A stretch of 64,000 bases of DNA, taken from Candidatus Pseudelusimicrobium marinum. GTDB taxonomy: Bacteria; Elusimicrobiota; Elusimicrobia; Elusimicrobiales; Elusimicrobiaceae. Numbering within the stretch: the first letter of the stretch is position 1; every line of letters starts with the position of its first letter. The stretch spans positions 2,495-66,494 of the forward strand of contig JABHZW010000034.1 in the NCBI GenBank assembly GCA_018656005.1, read 5' to 3'. Positions 8,754 to 18,002 of the stretch are shown piece after piece. The translations under genes were made by a program, and so were the position numbers. The notes beneath the pieces were generated by a model, which saw nothing but the letters and a program-made list of their open reading frames with translations, made no database searches and had not been told where the DNA came from.

Positions 8754-10009
8754 TTTATTATTTCCTTTATAAAGTTTACAGACTTTTTTGATACACCTTT
8801 ATATTTTAAAGCTGTTTGTTTTATTTTGTCTGCAGAATTGGAGTTTATGTTTTTAATGGTGGTTTCAAAATTGTTTTTATCAACAATTTTTGCACCATTT
8901 TTTTCTAAATCTTTAGCGATATCTTTCAAATTGTAAGTGTTTTTACCAAATATTAATGGTTTTCCTAAGATCGCAGGTTCAAGCAAATTATGACCGCCTT
9001 TATCTGCTATTGTGCCACCTACAAAACAAATGTTTGACATATCGTATAACGAGGATAAGTATCCTATTTTATCTGCAATTAAAACTTGAGGTTCTTTGCC
9101 AATAATTTTGGCTTGAACCTGCGATAATAATGCAAAATTTAAACCAATTTCTTGTAAGTTTTTTGTAATTGAGGGTAATCGTTCCAAATGTCTTGGCGCA
9201 ATGATAGTTTTTAGGTTTAAATTTTGCGTTGCTTTAAATATAATTTCTTCTTCCTGTTGATGAGTACTGCCACAGGTTAGAATTTGTTTGTCTTGCCAGT
9301 TTAAAATTTTAAGGATATCTAAAGTTTTTGGACTTTCTTCAAGGTTATCGTATTTTATATTGCCAAGCACTTTTTGTTTTTTAGTTGTAAGTCCTAACTC
9401 TTTAAATCTTGATTGAACAGCTTTATTTTGAAAGCTTGCACCATCAACTTTGCTAAATAAAATTTTAAACATTGGTTTAACGAGTTTGTATTTTTTGAAA
9501 CTTCGTGCAGACATATTTGCATTTGCAAGTATCACTTTTGACCCGCTAGATTTTGCACCCAAAATCATATTAGGCCATAATTCTTTTTCTATAATTATTA
9601 ATGCGTGTGGTTTGAAAATTTTAGTGAAACGATATATTAGGGGTGCAAAATCTAGCGGGGCTATAATAGTTTTGATATTGTGTAAGTTATTTAATTTATC
9701 TTTTGCTATTTTTTTGCCAAGGGCTGTGGTTGTTGTTACCAAAATTTTCCTATTAGGAAAATTTTGATTAATTAAAGCCAAAAATTGTTTTATAGCAAGC
9801 ACTTCACCCGCACTTGAGGCATGAACCCAAATACACCCTTCAAAACCGTCTACATTATATGCTACAAACCGTTCTTTTAGCTCTTTGTTAAGATTTTTAA
9901 GCAGTCCTCGTCTTGCGGATAACAAAAACCACAATACATATATCACAGCCACAAATGGGGCTAATATGTTCAGTAATACAATATATAAATATCCTAGAAA
10001 CTTATTCAT
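8750..10009 (-). CDS. waaA: 3-deoxy-D-manno-octulosonic acid (Kdo) transferase
   Basis: N-terminal TM helix, then WVHASSAGEV and VTTTTALG. It has an ATGA-type 4-nt overlap with the downstream gene. Confidence 0.88.
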   Translation of the reverse strand: MNKFLGYLYIVLLNILAPFVAVIYVLWFLLSARRGLLKNLNKELKERFVAYNVDGFEGCIWVHASSAGEVLAIKQFLALINQNFPNRKILVTTTTALGKKIAKDKLNNLHNIKTIIAPLDFAPLIYRFTKIFKPHALIIIEKELWPNMILGAKSSGSKVILANANMSARSFKKYKLVKPMFKILFSKVDGASFQNKAVQSRFKELGLTTKKQKVLGNIKYDNLEESPKTLDILKILNWQDKQILTCGSTHQQEEEIIFKATQNLNLKTIIAPRHLERLPSITKNLQEIGLNFALLSQVQAKIIGKEPQVLIADKIGYLSSLYDMSNICFVGGTIADKGGHNLLEPAILGKPLIFGKNTYNLKDIAKDLEKNGAKIVDKNNFETTIKNINSNSADKIKQTALKYKGVSKKSVNFIKEIIK

Positions 10010-10028
10010 ACATATATTTTATAATTTT

Positions 10029-10146
10029 ACTTCGTCTTTTGTCAGATTTCATTGTCTCTTTTTACTCAAGTCCCGCTACTGCTTCGCAGTATTAGCTAAT
10101 GGACTATACATAAAAAATCGACTTCGAAATCTGACAAAATACTTGT
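10029..10146. repeat. nested-hairpin intergenic element (family C)
   Basis: The outer arms TTTTGTCAGATTTC (10037-10050) and GAAATCTGACAAAA (10126-10139) pair perfectly. The core AAGTCCCGCTACTGCTTCGCAGTATT.GCT.A.GGACTA (10068-10106) matches 24689-24728. Confidence 0.8.
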
Positions 10147-10179
10147 AAAAACAAAAAATGTAGAAATTACTTTATTTTA

Positions 10180-10857
10180 TTAGGAGATTATTTGGGTAGC
10201 TTGTTCGTTTAATTGGTTTAAAGTGTCTTTAAGTTCTAATCTAGCTTCTTTCAAATCTTTATCTGGAGCGATATGTATTGGCTCTCCATAAACATAGGAA
10301 GCAGAGCCAAATGGGAGGGGAACTTGGAATTTATCCCAACTACCAGCACTAATTTTGTTAGTAATCTGACAAGCCACTGGTACAATTGGAAGACCAGTTT
10401 TTTTGGCTAAATAAATTATACCTGGTTGAATGGTGTATACAGGACCTCGTGGACCGTCTGGTGTTATAGCCAAAGAATAATTTGCATCTGCGATATCTAT
10501 AAGTCCTCTTAATGCAGAAAAACCGCCTTTAGAGGTTGAACCTCTCATAGCTTTAATGCCAAACTTATGAGCTGTTCTTGCTATATATTCGCCATCTTTA
10601 CTTAAACTTATAAGACAGCAAACTTTTCTGTCTGCTTCAAATTTAGATGTTAAGTATAAAACGAATGCTTGTTGATTATGCCAAAAAGCATATATGCAAG
10701 GTTTGTTTTCTTGTTTTAGATTTTTGTAATTTTCTGGAAATTTGTGTTTGATTTTTTTTGTAACACCAACAATCATAAGATAAATGTAAATTAGCCATGC
10801 GACTATAATATATTTAAAAGATGCTTTTTTTCTTGTGGTTAATAGTGTGTCTATCAT
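10180..10857 (-). CDS. DUF374-domain protein (lysophospholipid-acyltransferase-like, commonly linked to waaA)
   Basis: ITPDGPRGP motif and an N-terminal TM helix. It is adjacent to waaA. Confidence 0.75.
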   Translation of the reverse strand: MIDTLLTTRKKASFKYIIVAWLIYIYLMIVGVTKKIKHKFPENYKNLKQENKPCIYAFWHNQQAFVLYLTSKFEADRKVCCLISLSKDGEYIARTAHKFGIKAMRGSTSKGGFSALRGLIDIADANYSLAITPDGPRGPVYTIQPGIIYLAKKTGLPIVPVACQITNKISAGSWDKFQVPLPFGSASYVYGEPIHIAPDKDLKEARLELKDTLNQLNEQATQIIS

Positions 10858-10858
10858 A

Positions 10859-11488
10859 TTATTTTCTTTTTTTACTTTTCTTTACCCACGGCGATATAAA
10901 TGCTGTACAATATTTTGGGGTGAAAGAAGTATCTATAAATTTTGCCGAAATTTTTTCGGGCTTTAAAATGTCTGACATTTTTAAAATAGTGTTTTTACTT
11001 ACTTCGCTATCTGGCTTTAATGCAGTTTGAAAAAATTTCGGCTCTCTTATATAGTTAAATTGCGGATAGTAAAGCATTATGTTTTGTAAAATTTCAAAGT
11101 TATCTTTTTTCGCTTGGCTTTTGATGAGTTCAAACACAAAATTAAAAGAAGTTTTTAAAAATTCCATAATAGCAATATTTGCTATTACAATTTGTTTATC
11201 GTTTGTTAATTTTTCAAGCTCGGTTTCTATGTCTTTACCCAAAGTTATTATAGCGCCTGAAAATATTTCGTTGTTTTCTAAATCTATGCCGTCAAAAGCA
11301 ATGTCTTCTTTTTCAAAAGTTTGATAAACAACACCATTATCTAATTTATCTGCGAGTTCCTGCGCAAAGTCTTGTACATCGGAGTTAGAGGCAAAACCTG
11401 CCTCTGCAATATCTATCTTCCCATGTATTACTTTGCGCAGTATCTCTTTACTATGTGTCGCAATTTTAAACTTTTTTATTTTCAACAT
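10859..11488 (-). CDS. hypothetical protein
   Basis: 209-aa ORF tightly packed against the next gene (1-nt spacer). I recognise no confident motif. Confidence 0.6.
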   Translation of the reverse strand: MLKIKKFKIATHSKEILRKVIHGKIDIAEAGFASNSDVQDFAQELADKLDNGVVYQTFEKEDIAFDGIDLENNEIFSGAIITLGKDIETELEKLTNDKQIVIANIAIMEFLKTSFNFVFELIKSQAKKDNFEILQNIMLYYPQFNYIREPKFFQTALKPDSEVSKNTILKMSDILKPEKISAKFIDTSFTPKYCTAFISPWVKKSKKRK

Positions 11489-11500
11489 ATAAACCTATGT

Positions 11501-11559
11501 GTCATGCTGAACTTGTTTCAGCATCTTTCTATAAGATCCTGAAACAAGTTCAGGATGAC
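11501..11559. repeat. convergent doublet of GTC-AT..AT-C hairpin repeats (family A)
   Basis: Forward unit GTCATGCTGAACTTGTTTCAGCATC (11501-11525) and inverted unit GATCCTGAAACAAGTTCAGGATGAC (11535-11559). The latter is the reverse complement of the unit at 45357-45381. Confidence 0.9.
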
Positions 11560-11574
11560 AGAAAGAGTATTAGC

Positions 11575-12588
11575 TTATTTCTTCTTTTTTTTCTTCTTGC
11601 CTCGTTTCTTTGCATATTTACTTTCTACTGGTGTATAATTAGTGTCGTCTTTTAGATGTTTAGGTGTGTGATCTACTGGTGTAGAATCCGCAATAATAGG
11701 ATTACCTTCACCTATCCAACTATAAACTAAACTTGTAGCAATTGCTATTGTGGAATATGTACCCACAACAACACCAATTAACATTGCAAATGCAAAGTTA
11801 TTAAGTACTGGTCCGCCCAATAAATACACAAACACTACAGCAATAAAAATAGTTACACTAGTAATTATTGTCCTTGATAATGTTTCATTTAAACTTAAAT
11901 TGATTAAGTTTTTAAGTGTTATTTTTGGGTTTAGTTTTAAGTTTTCTCTCATTCTATCAAACACGACAATTGTATCGTTGATAGAAAAACCTGCAATTGT
12001 TAAAAATGCTGCCACGATAATAAGATCTATTTCTTTTTGCAAGAGTGCAAAAACACCAACTGCTATAAATACATCGTGTAAGAGTGCCGTAACACCTGTT
12101 GCGCCCCAAATTGGATTTTTAAATCTAAACGCTATGTATATGATGATGAAAAATAATGCAAACACCATAGCCATCACTGCTCGTTTTCTTAAATCTTTAC
12201 CGACAGTAGGTCCTACATAATCTAATTTAGTTTTATTTTCCTCAATTTGATAAGGCAACTTGTTAAGTGCAGTTTTAATTTTTGTGCCAACTTCATTAAC
12301 ATTTTCTTGTTTACCTTTTACTTTTATCGCAAAAGAGTTAGAGTTTCTGAAACTTTGTATTTCAGCTTCTATACCTTCATCTAATAAAGCTTCTCTTAAC
12401 TGATGTGTTGAAGTTTCGCCTTTAAATTCTACCTGCATCATTGTACCGCCGGTAAAATCTAAACCAAAGTTTAATCCTTTAGCAAAAATTGACATTAAAC
12501 CAATGGCTACTAAAATACCGGATATAGCAAAAAATATTTTTCGCTTTCCAACAAAATCTATATTTGTTTTTGGTAATATTTTCATCAT
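11575..12588 (-). CDS. secF: protein-export membrane protein SecF
   Basis: SecF topology and motifs (LNFGLDFTGGT, FSINDTIVVFDR). It has a 4-nt overlap with secD and a C-terminal KKRGKKKKKKK tail encoded by an A-rich tract. Confidence 0.92.
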   Translation of the reverse strand: MMKILPKTNIDFVGKRKIFFAISGILVAIGLMSIFAKGLNFGLDFTGGTMMQVEFKGETSTHQLREALLDEGIEAEIQSFRNSNSFAIKVKGKQENVNEVGTKIKTALNKLPYQIEENKTKLDYVGPTVGKDLRKRAVMAMVFALFFIIIYIAFRFKNPIWGATGVTALLHDVFIAVGVFALLQKEIDLIIVAAFLTIAGFSINDTIVVFDRMRENLKLNPKITLKNLINLSLNETLSRTIITSVTIFIAVVFVYLLGGPVLNNFAFAMLIGVVVGTYSTIAIATSLVYSWIGEGNPIIADSTPVDHTPKHLKDDTNYTPVESKYAKKRGKKKKKKK

Positions 12589-13997
12589 ATACTTATATCC
12601 TCCGGGTTAGCAGTTAGCAGGAAGTCGTACACCGCTTTTGTTACAAATACCGATGTAAACACACCAACTAATAAACCAAGTGTAAGTGTCACAGCAAAAC
12701 CTTTTACAGGACCTGATCCAAATTGGAACAAGAACGCTGCTGCAAGCCATGTTGTTAAGTTGCTATCAAAAATAGCGGTCCAAGCTTTTTGATAGCCTGT
12801 CTTAATAGCCATTGCAAGTGGTTTGCCTAATAATTTTTCTTCTCTTATTCTTTCTAAAATAAGCACATTAGCATCAACCGCCATAGCAAGCGAGAGTATG
12901 ATACCCGCTATACCAGGAAGTGTTAGCGTTGCTCCAAAATATGCCATTAAAGCTAGCAATGTTACTAAGTTCAGTATTAATGCTCCGCTTGCTATGGCAC
13001 CAGAAAAACGATAGTAAACCATCATAAATACAAGTATGAATATTAAGCCGTACATAGATGCTTTTACACCCATTTTGATAGAGTCTTCACCAAGTCCTGG
13101 ACCTACGGTTCTTTTCTCTATAATATGTACAGGTGCAGGTAAAGCACCAGCTCTTAATACAATGGCAATATGTCTTGCTTCGTCCATCATATCAAGACCG
13201 GTAATTCTACCTTCTCCTGGTATTCTGGAGTTAATTCTAGGTGCAGTTTGAACCACATTATCTAAAATAATTGCCATATTTTTACCTACATTATTACCGG
13301 TGAGGGTAGCAAAATCTTTTTTACCTGCTTTATCAAATCTGAAAGCAACTTCTGGTAAACCGTATTGTCCGTTAGGTGCAACTCTTGCATCTTCCAAATT
13401 AGCACCTGTTATAGGAGTTTTCTTTGTTAGAACATAAAGTTCTTGATCTTTACCACGAAGTACGGTTAACCCTGCAGGAAGTTTTTTTTGGATATTTGCT
13501 TTAAGCAAACCATCTGCATCAAATGGTTCTTCTATGTTTGAAACTATCTCTAAAGCTTTTGCAGAATTTTCGCCAGTTTTGACAATTTTAAATTCCAACA
13601 TAGCAGTTTTACCAATTAAGGCTTCTGCTTGTTCTGGATTGGAAATACCCGGCATTTGCACAGCTATCCATTTGTCGCCCTGTCTTGTGATAGGTGTTTC
13701 AGCTACACCGTATTGGTCTATACGGTTTCTTAAAATTTCTATCGCTCTTGCTATTGCTTCAGATACGGTTTCTTTTTTACTTAATTTAGAAACATCAAGT
13801 TCTAAAAGCAAGTAAGTTCCGCCCCGAAGGTCTAAACCTAAGTTTAAAATATTTTTTGGTCGTTCGCCTGTTTGTTCTAATTTGGCTTTGTCTGTATCAG
13901 ATTGGCTGTACCATTCATGCGTTGGTAACAACAAATACACAGAGCCAATTATCACAAATAGGATTACTATCCACTTTATTGTTAATTTGTAAGACAT
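12585..13997 (-). CDS. secD: protein-export membrane protein SecD
   Basis: Motifs LGLDLRGG and AVDANVLILERIREE, with a large periplasmic domain. Confidence 0.92.
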   Translation of the reverse strand: MSYKLTIKWIVILFVIIGSVYLLLPTHEWYSQSDTDKAKLEQTGERPKNILNLGLDLRGGTYLLLELDVSKLSKKETVSEAIARAIEILRNRIDQYGVAETPITRQGDKWIAVQMPGISNPEQAEALIGKTAMLEFKIVKTGENSAKALEIVSNIEEPFDADGLLKANIQKKLPAGLTVLRGKDQELYVLTKKTPITGANLEDARVAPNGQYGLPEVAFRFDKAGKKDFATLTGNNVGKNMAIILDNVVQTAPRINSRIPGEGRITGLDMMDEARHIAIVLRAGALPAPVHIIEKRTVGPGLGEDSIKMGVKASMYGLIFILVFMMVYYRFSGAIASGALILNLVTLLALMAYFGATLTLPGIAGIILSLAMAVDANVLILERIREEKLLGKPLAMAIKTGYQKAWTAIFDSNLTTWLAAAFLFQFGSGPVKGFAVTLTLGLLVGVFTSVFVTKAVYDFLLTANPEDISI

Positions 13998-14016
13998 TTT
14001 TTCAAAACTCCGTTAA

Positions 14017-14322
14017 TTATTTTTTTGGATTTAATTTTTCAACATCTTTTGGATCTGCAAAAGTAGCAATTGCTTGTTTTACAATTAAGATTTTTGTGTT
14101 TTGAGCAATTTTAATTTCTACTCTATCTAAATCTTTAAAGCCTTCTATTTCGCCGATCATACCACTTGTGGTGATAATTTTATCGCCCTTTTTCAAGCTA
14201 TCTATCATTAATTTTTTTTGTTTAGCTTGTTTTTTTTGTGGTCTTATGATTAAAAAGTAGAATATCAATACCATTGGTACGATTAATACTAAAGAATCCA
14301 TTATGCTTCCGTTTTGTGCCAT
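14017..14322 (-). CDS. yajC: preprotein translocase subunit YajC
   Basis: Single TM helix followed by LKKGDKIITTSGMIGEI. It lies upstream of secDF. Confidence 0.88.
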   Translation of the reverse strand: MAQNGSIMDSLVLIVPMVLIFYFLIIRPQKKQAKQKKLMIDSLKKGDKIITTSGMIGEIEGFKDLDRVEIKIAQNTKILIVKQAIATFADPKDVEKLNPKK

Positions 14323-14394
14323 TGTTCAGTTCCTCCGAGTTATTTTTGTATGCTAAATTTTATCAAATTTAGACAATAAAATCATTACTATATA

Positions 14395-16152
14395 TTATTC
14401 CATATATGAGTGTATCAAATCTATTATATTTTTTTCGTCTTTTTTGGTGGTGTTAAGCGGTATTATTTGCTGATTTTCTTGATTCTTTATAAGAATGTAG
14501 CTTTCTTTCATATCGAAAAGAGTTCTTGGTTGGTTATCAAGCAAACTTTTGCCAAAATAACCTTGCGGTATTTTTATGTGTAGTAAATCTAAAATTGTTG
14601 GTGCGATGTCTAATTGTGAAATATTTTCCTGTTGAGTTAACTTGCCTATGTTTTGTTTGGATATAAAAATTATAGGTACATCATCATAAATTTCTTTGTA
14701 TGGTTTAAATAATTTTTCTGTGCCTGCATTTGCAAAAAATGGATGATCGCTAGTTATTATAAAGAGGGTTTTATCGTCTAAGATATTTTCTGAAATTAAA
14801 CTATCGTAAAAAAGTTTTAAATCGTAATCGTGTTTATGGAAGGCACTTACGAGGGTTTGTTTGTTGTAATATTTTTTAGTTTTTTCATCTTTAATTTCTG
14901 GATATTTTTGTGTCAAATAATCTGGTCGTCCAAGTGGGATATGGGTGTCTACTGTTAAGATTTGTGTGAAAGTTTTTTTGTTTTTATTCTTTTTTAAATA
15001 ATCTACGGTAAATTCGAATAATTTTCTATCGGTTAAACCCCAAAAGGCAATAGAATCTTTATATTCTTTTTGTTTTTTGAAATAATTTTCGCCGTATATT
15101 TTAGAAAATCCAGCTTGTTTAAAAAGTTTGTCTTCGTCCATATAATCTTCTCTTGCACCACGGATAAATGTGGTTTTAAAGCCCCTGTCTGCTAAAATTT
15201 TAACAAAAGAATTAGGATAGTTTGTTGTTGTACTCATCGGCACATTAGGATGCGAATTAAATATTACACTTAATCCATATAATGTTGAAAGTGTGGTGCG
15301 TTTTAAAATTGTGGTTGGATAATTATTAGCAAAATAATCTAAAGTTGAGCTGGCTTCTGATGGAATGTTTTTATTATATTTGCTAAAAAATTTAGCACTC
15401 ATTGCTTCGGTTGTTAAAAGTATAATTCTTTCAAAATTTTGATTGTTTTTTTGCGGTGTGTTTTGTGCATTAAAGATATTAAATTTTTTAGCTGTATTTT
15501 GAATATTTTTTGGCATATCTTTAAGGTTTTTATATGTCTTGTAATCTGGCTTTTTATCGAATGTGCTTTGCAATATATAAACAGGCGAAGGTTGTAATAA
15601 TAAATTTGCATAAAAAGTTTGTATTTTATTAAAATTTTTGCATATTTTTACTGGTGCAAAATATGTGAAAATAAAAATTAAAACAAAACCCATTATAAAT
15701 AGTTTTAAAGAGTTTTTTTTGTCTGTTTTTTTATGCAAAAATTTTATTGGAATATAAGAAACCAAACCAAGAGCTATGAAAAGTTTAATTGCGGTAGGAG
15801 AAAAAATAAAATCATAATTTGCTCCGCTCATTGTATGTAAATATTTTATACCAAATCGTTCTTTAAAATAAGCAAGCAAAACAAAATCTGCAGAAATTAA
15901 TGCAAAATATAAAAAGAAAAATCCTGCTAAAATAAATTTATTTTTGACACCCAAAATATTCAAAACACTTATTAATAAAAGTATAAACAATGCTTCAACA
16001 ATAAATTTACTAATTACACCCAAACCTAAAACAAGGGGGGAAGGTGTTGTTAATTGATAAAGTCCAAAAATAAATAATGATACCGCTGGTAGTGATAGTA
16101 AAGATATTAAAGGCAAATGGTTTTTAATTTTATTATAAAAATGTTTTAACAT
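14395..16152 (-). CDS. membrane-anchored sulfatase-family transferase (LtaS / phosphoglycerol- or phosphoethanolamine-transferase type)
   Basis: About 5 N-terminal TM helices plus an alkaline-phosphatase-superfamily domain (TVDTHIPLG, ITSDHPFF). Confidence 0.75.
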   Translation of the reverse strand: MLKHFYNKIKNHLPLISLLSLPAVSLFIFGLYQLTTPSPLVLGLGVISKFIVEALFILLLISVLNILGVKNKFILAGFFFLYFALISADFVLLAYFKERFGIKYLHTMSGANYDFIFSPTAIKLFIALGLVSYIPIKFLHKKTDKKNSLKLFIMGFVLIFIFTYFAPVKICKNFNKIQTFYANLLLQPSPVYILQSTFDKKPDYKTYKNLKDMPKNIQNTAKKFNIFNAQNTPQKNNQNFERIILLTTEAMSAKFFSKYNKNIPSEASSTLDYFANNYPTTILKRTTLSTLYGLSVIFNSHPNVPMSTTTNYPNSFVKILADRGFKTTFIRGAREDYMDEDKLFKQAGFSKIYGENYFKKQKEYKDSIAFWGLTDRKLFEFTVDYLKKNKNKKTFTQILTVDTHIPLGRPDYLTQKYPEIKDEKTKKYYNKQTLVSAFHKHDYDLKLFYDSLISENILDDKTLFIITSDHPFFANAGTEKLFKPYKEIYDDVPIIFISKQNIGKLTQQENISQLDIAPTILDLLHIKIPQGYFGKSLLDNQPRTLFDMKESYILIKNQENQQIIPLNTTKKDEKNIIDLIHSYME

Positions 16153-16170
16153 ATAGTGCTTTCCCCAAAT

Positions 16171-16200
16171 TTGATATACTGGTATTATATATTTTATAAT
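16171..16200 (+). promoter_or_regulatory. candidate sigma70-type promoter for thrS
   Basis: TTGATA (16171-16176), 18-nt spacer, TATAAT (16195-16200), lying 36 nt upstream of ATG 16236. Such hexamers are common in AT-rich DNA. Confidence 0.3.
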
Positions 16201-16235
16201 ATCTTAATACCTAACTAAAATGGAAGACCAAAAAA

Positions 16236-17993
16236 ATGGAAAAACAAGAAAATAACTTTTTAGATACAATGCGTCATAGCTGTGCTCATGTAATGGCAGA
16301 AGCTGTGCAACAACTTTTTAAAGGCACAAAACTTGGTATGGGTCCGTCGATAGACAATGGCTTTTACTATGATTTTGAAAGTACTCATAAATTCGTACCA
16401 GAAGACTTGCCTAAAATAGAAAAAAAGATGAAAGAGATTATAAAATCTCGTGAAAAATTTGAATGCCACAAAATTGCCAAGAAAAAAGCGGTGGAATTTT
16501 TCGCCAAAAGAGGCGAAAAATTCAAAGTAGAATTAATAAAAGAGCTTAAAGATGGCGAAATTACTTACTTTGAAAGTGGCAATTTTGTGGATTTATGTAA
16601 AGGTCCACATTTGGAACATACAGGGCAGATTAAACATTTCAAATTAACTCATGTGGCTGGTGCATATTGGAGGGGAGACGAAAATAAACCTATGCTCCAA
16701 AGAATTTATGGTATAGCTTTTCAAGATAAAGGCAAGCTCAATACATATTTAACTCAGCTTGAAGAAGCTAAGAAAAGAGATCATAGAAAATTGGGTCAAG
16801 AGCTAAAATTATTTAGCTTATCCGAGGATATTGGTCCGGGTTTAATACTTTGGCACCCAAAGGGTGGTATTATAAGAACCACACTTCAAAGATGGTTGGA
16901 AGACGAAAATATGCGTCGTGGTTATAAAATAGTTTACACACCTCACATCGCAAGAAGAGGTTTGTGGGAAACTAGTGGTCATACAAATTTTTACAGCGAA
17001 AATATGTTCGCACCGATGGAAATTGATAATCAAAAATATCAAATTAAACCAATGAACTGCCCGTTCCACATAGGCATTTACAAAAGCGAATTGAGAAGTT
17101 ATAGAGATTTGCCTTTTAAATTGTCAGAACTTGGCACAGTTTATCGTTATGAAAGAAGTGGAGTATTGCATGGTTTATTAAGAGTTCGTGGGTTCACACT
17201 CGACGATGCTCACATCTTCTGCACACCAGAACAAATCGATAAAGAAGTGCAAGACAGTATCGATTTTGTAATTTTCATAATGAAAACTTTTGGCTTTAAA
17301 GACTATAAAGTTGAACTTTCAATTTGGGACGAAAAAAATCCAAAAAAATATGTAGGAACAAAGAAAGATTGGAATATGGCACAAAAATCCTTAGAAAATG
17401 TTTTAAAGAAACGCAAAATCCCATACAAAGTGGAAGTAGGCGAAGCAGCTTTCTACGGACCGAAAATTGATATCAAATTAGTGGACGCCATTAAAAGAAC
17501 ATGGCAACTTTCTACCATTCAATTTGACTTTAATCTACCGACAAGATTCAACCTAGAATATGTTGGTAAAAAAGGCAGAGCAAAGCCGTATATGGTGCAT
17601 CGTGCATTATTTGGAAGTATAGAAAGGTTTGTAGGAATTTTAATAGAACATTATGCAGGACAATTTCCATTATGGCTAAATCCTGTACAGGTAAAAATAT
17701 TAACTTTAACAGACAAAGAAGAAAAGTATGCGAAAAAGTTAGCAGAAAAATTACAAGCTAAAGGCATACGAGTGGAAATGGATTTAAGGGCAGAAAAATT
17801 AGGCTTGAAAATTCGTGAAACCCACGGACAGAAAGTTGGTTATACAGCAATTATCGGCGGACGAGAAGCAGAAGAAAATAAAGTTGCAGTTCGCTTAAGA
17901 AGTGGCAAAAACCAGACAATCTCATTAGATGATTTTGTAGGCAAAGTTGCTAAAGAAATTAAAAATAAAGATTTAGAACCAACAATAAAATAG
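16236..17993 (+). CDS. thrS: threonine--tRNA ligase (lacks the N-terminal TGS domain)
   Basis: It starts at the editing-domain motif MRHSCAHVMAEA. Class II core motifs (FRDEL-like YRYERSG, GFTLDDAHIF) and an anticodon-binding C-terminus are present. Confidence 0.92.
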   Translation: MEKQENNFLDTMRHSCAHVMAEAVQQLFKGTKLGMGPSIDNGFYYDFESTHKFVPEDLPKIEKKMKEIIKSREKFECHKIAKKKAVEFFAKRGEKFKVELIKELKDGEITYFESGNFVDLCKGPHLEHTGQIKHFKLTHVAGAYWRGDENKPMLQRIYGIAFQDKGKLNTYLTQLEEAKKRDHRKLGQELKLFSLSEDIGPGLILWHPKGGIIRTTLQRWLEDENMRRGYKIVYTPHIARRGLWETSGHTNFYSENMFAPMEIDNQKYQIKPMNCPFHIGIYKSELRSYRDLPFKLSELGTVYRYERSGVLHGLLRVRGFTLDDAHIFCTPEQIDKEVQDSIDFVIFIMKTFGFKDYKVELSIWDEKNPKKYVGTKKDWNMAQKSLENVLKKRKIPYKVEVGEAAFYGPKIDIKLVDAIKRTWQLSTIQFDFNLPTRFNLEYVGKKGRAKPYMVHRALFGSIERFVGILIEHYAGQFPLWLNPVQVKILTLTDKEEKYAKKLAEKLQAKGIRVEMDLRAEKLGLKIRETHGQKVGYTAIIGGREAEENKVAVRLRSGKNQTISLDDFVGKVAKEIKNKDLEPTIK

Positions 17994-18002
17994 GGAAGAG
18001 AT

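Noticed and set aside
9885-10148. Two overlapping + strand ORFs (87 and 60 aa) at the waaA 5' end and spacer.
   Set aside because: They are antisense to the waaA N-terminus and then run through the family C nested-hairpin element. The peptide strings such as SPATASQY are translations of the repeat core.
16153-16235. Possible T-box or other leader upstream of thrS, and a possible replication origin at the divergent strand switch.
   Set aside because: The spacer is only 83 nt, too short for a T-box, and lacks a specifier or antiterminator structure. I saw no DnaA-box-like TTATCCACA clusters and no dnaA or dnaN nearby.
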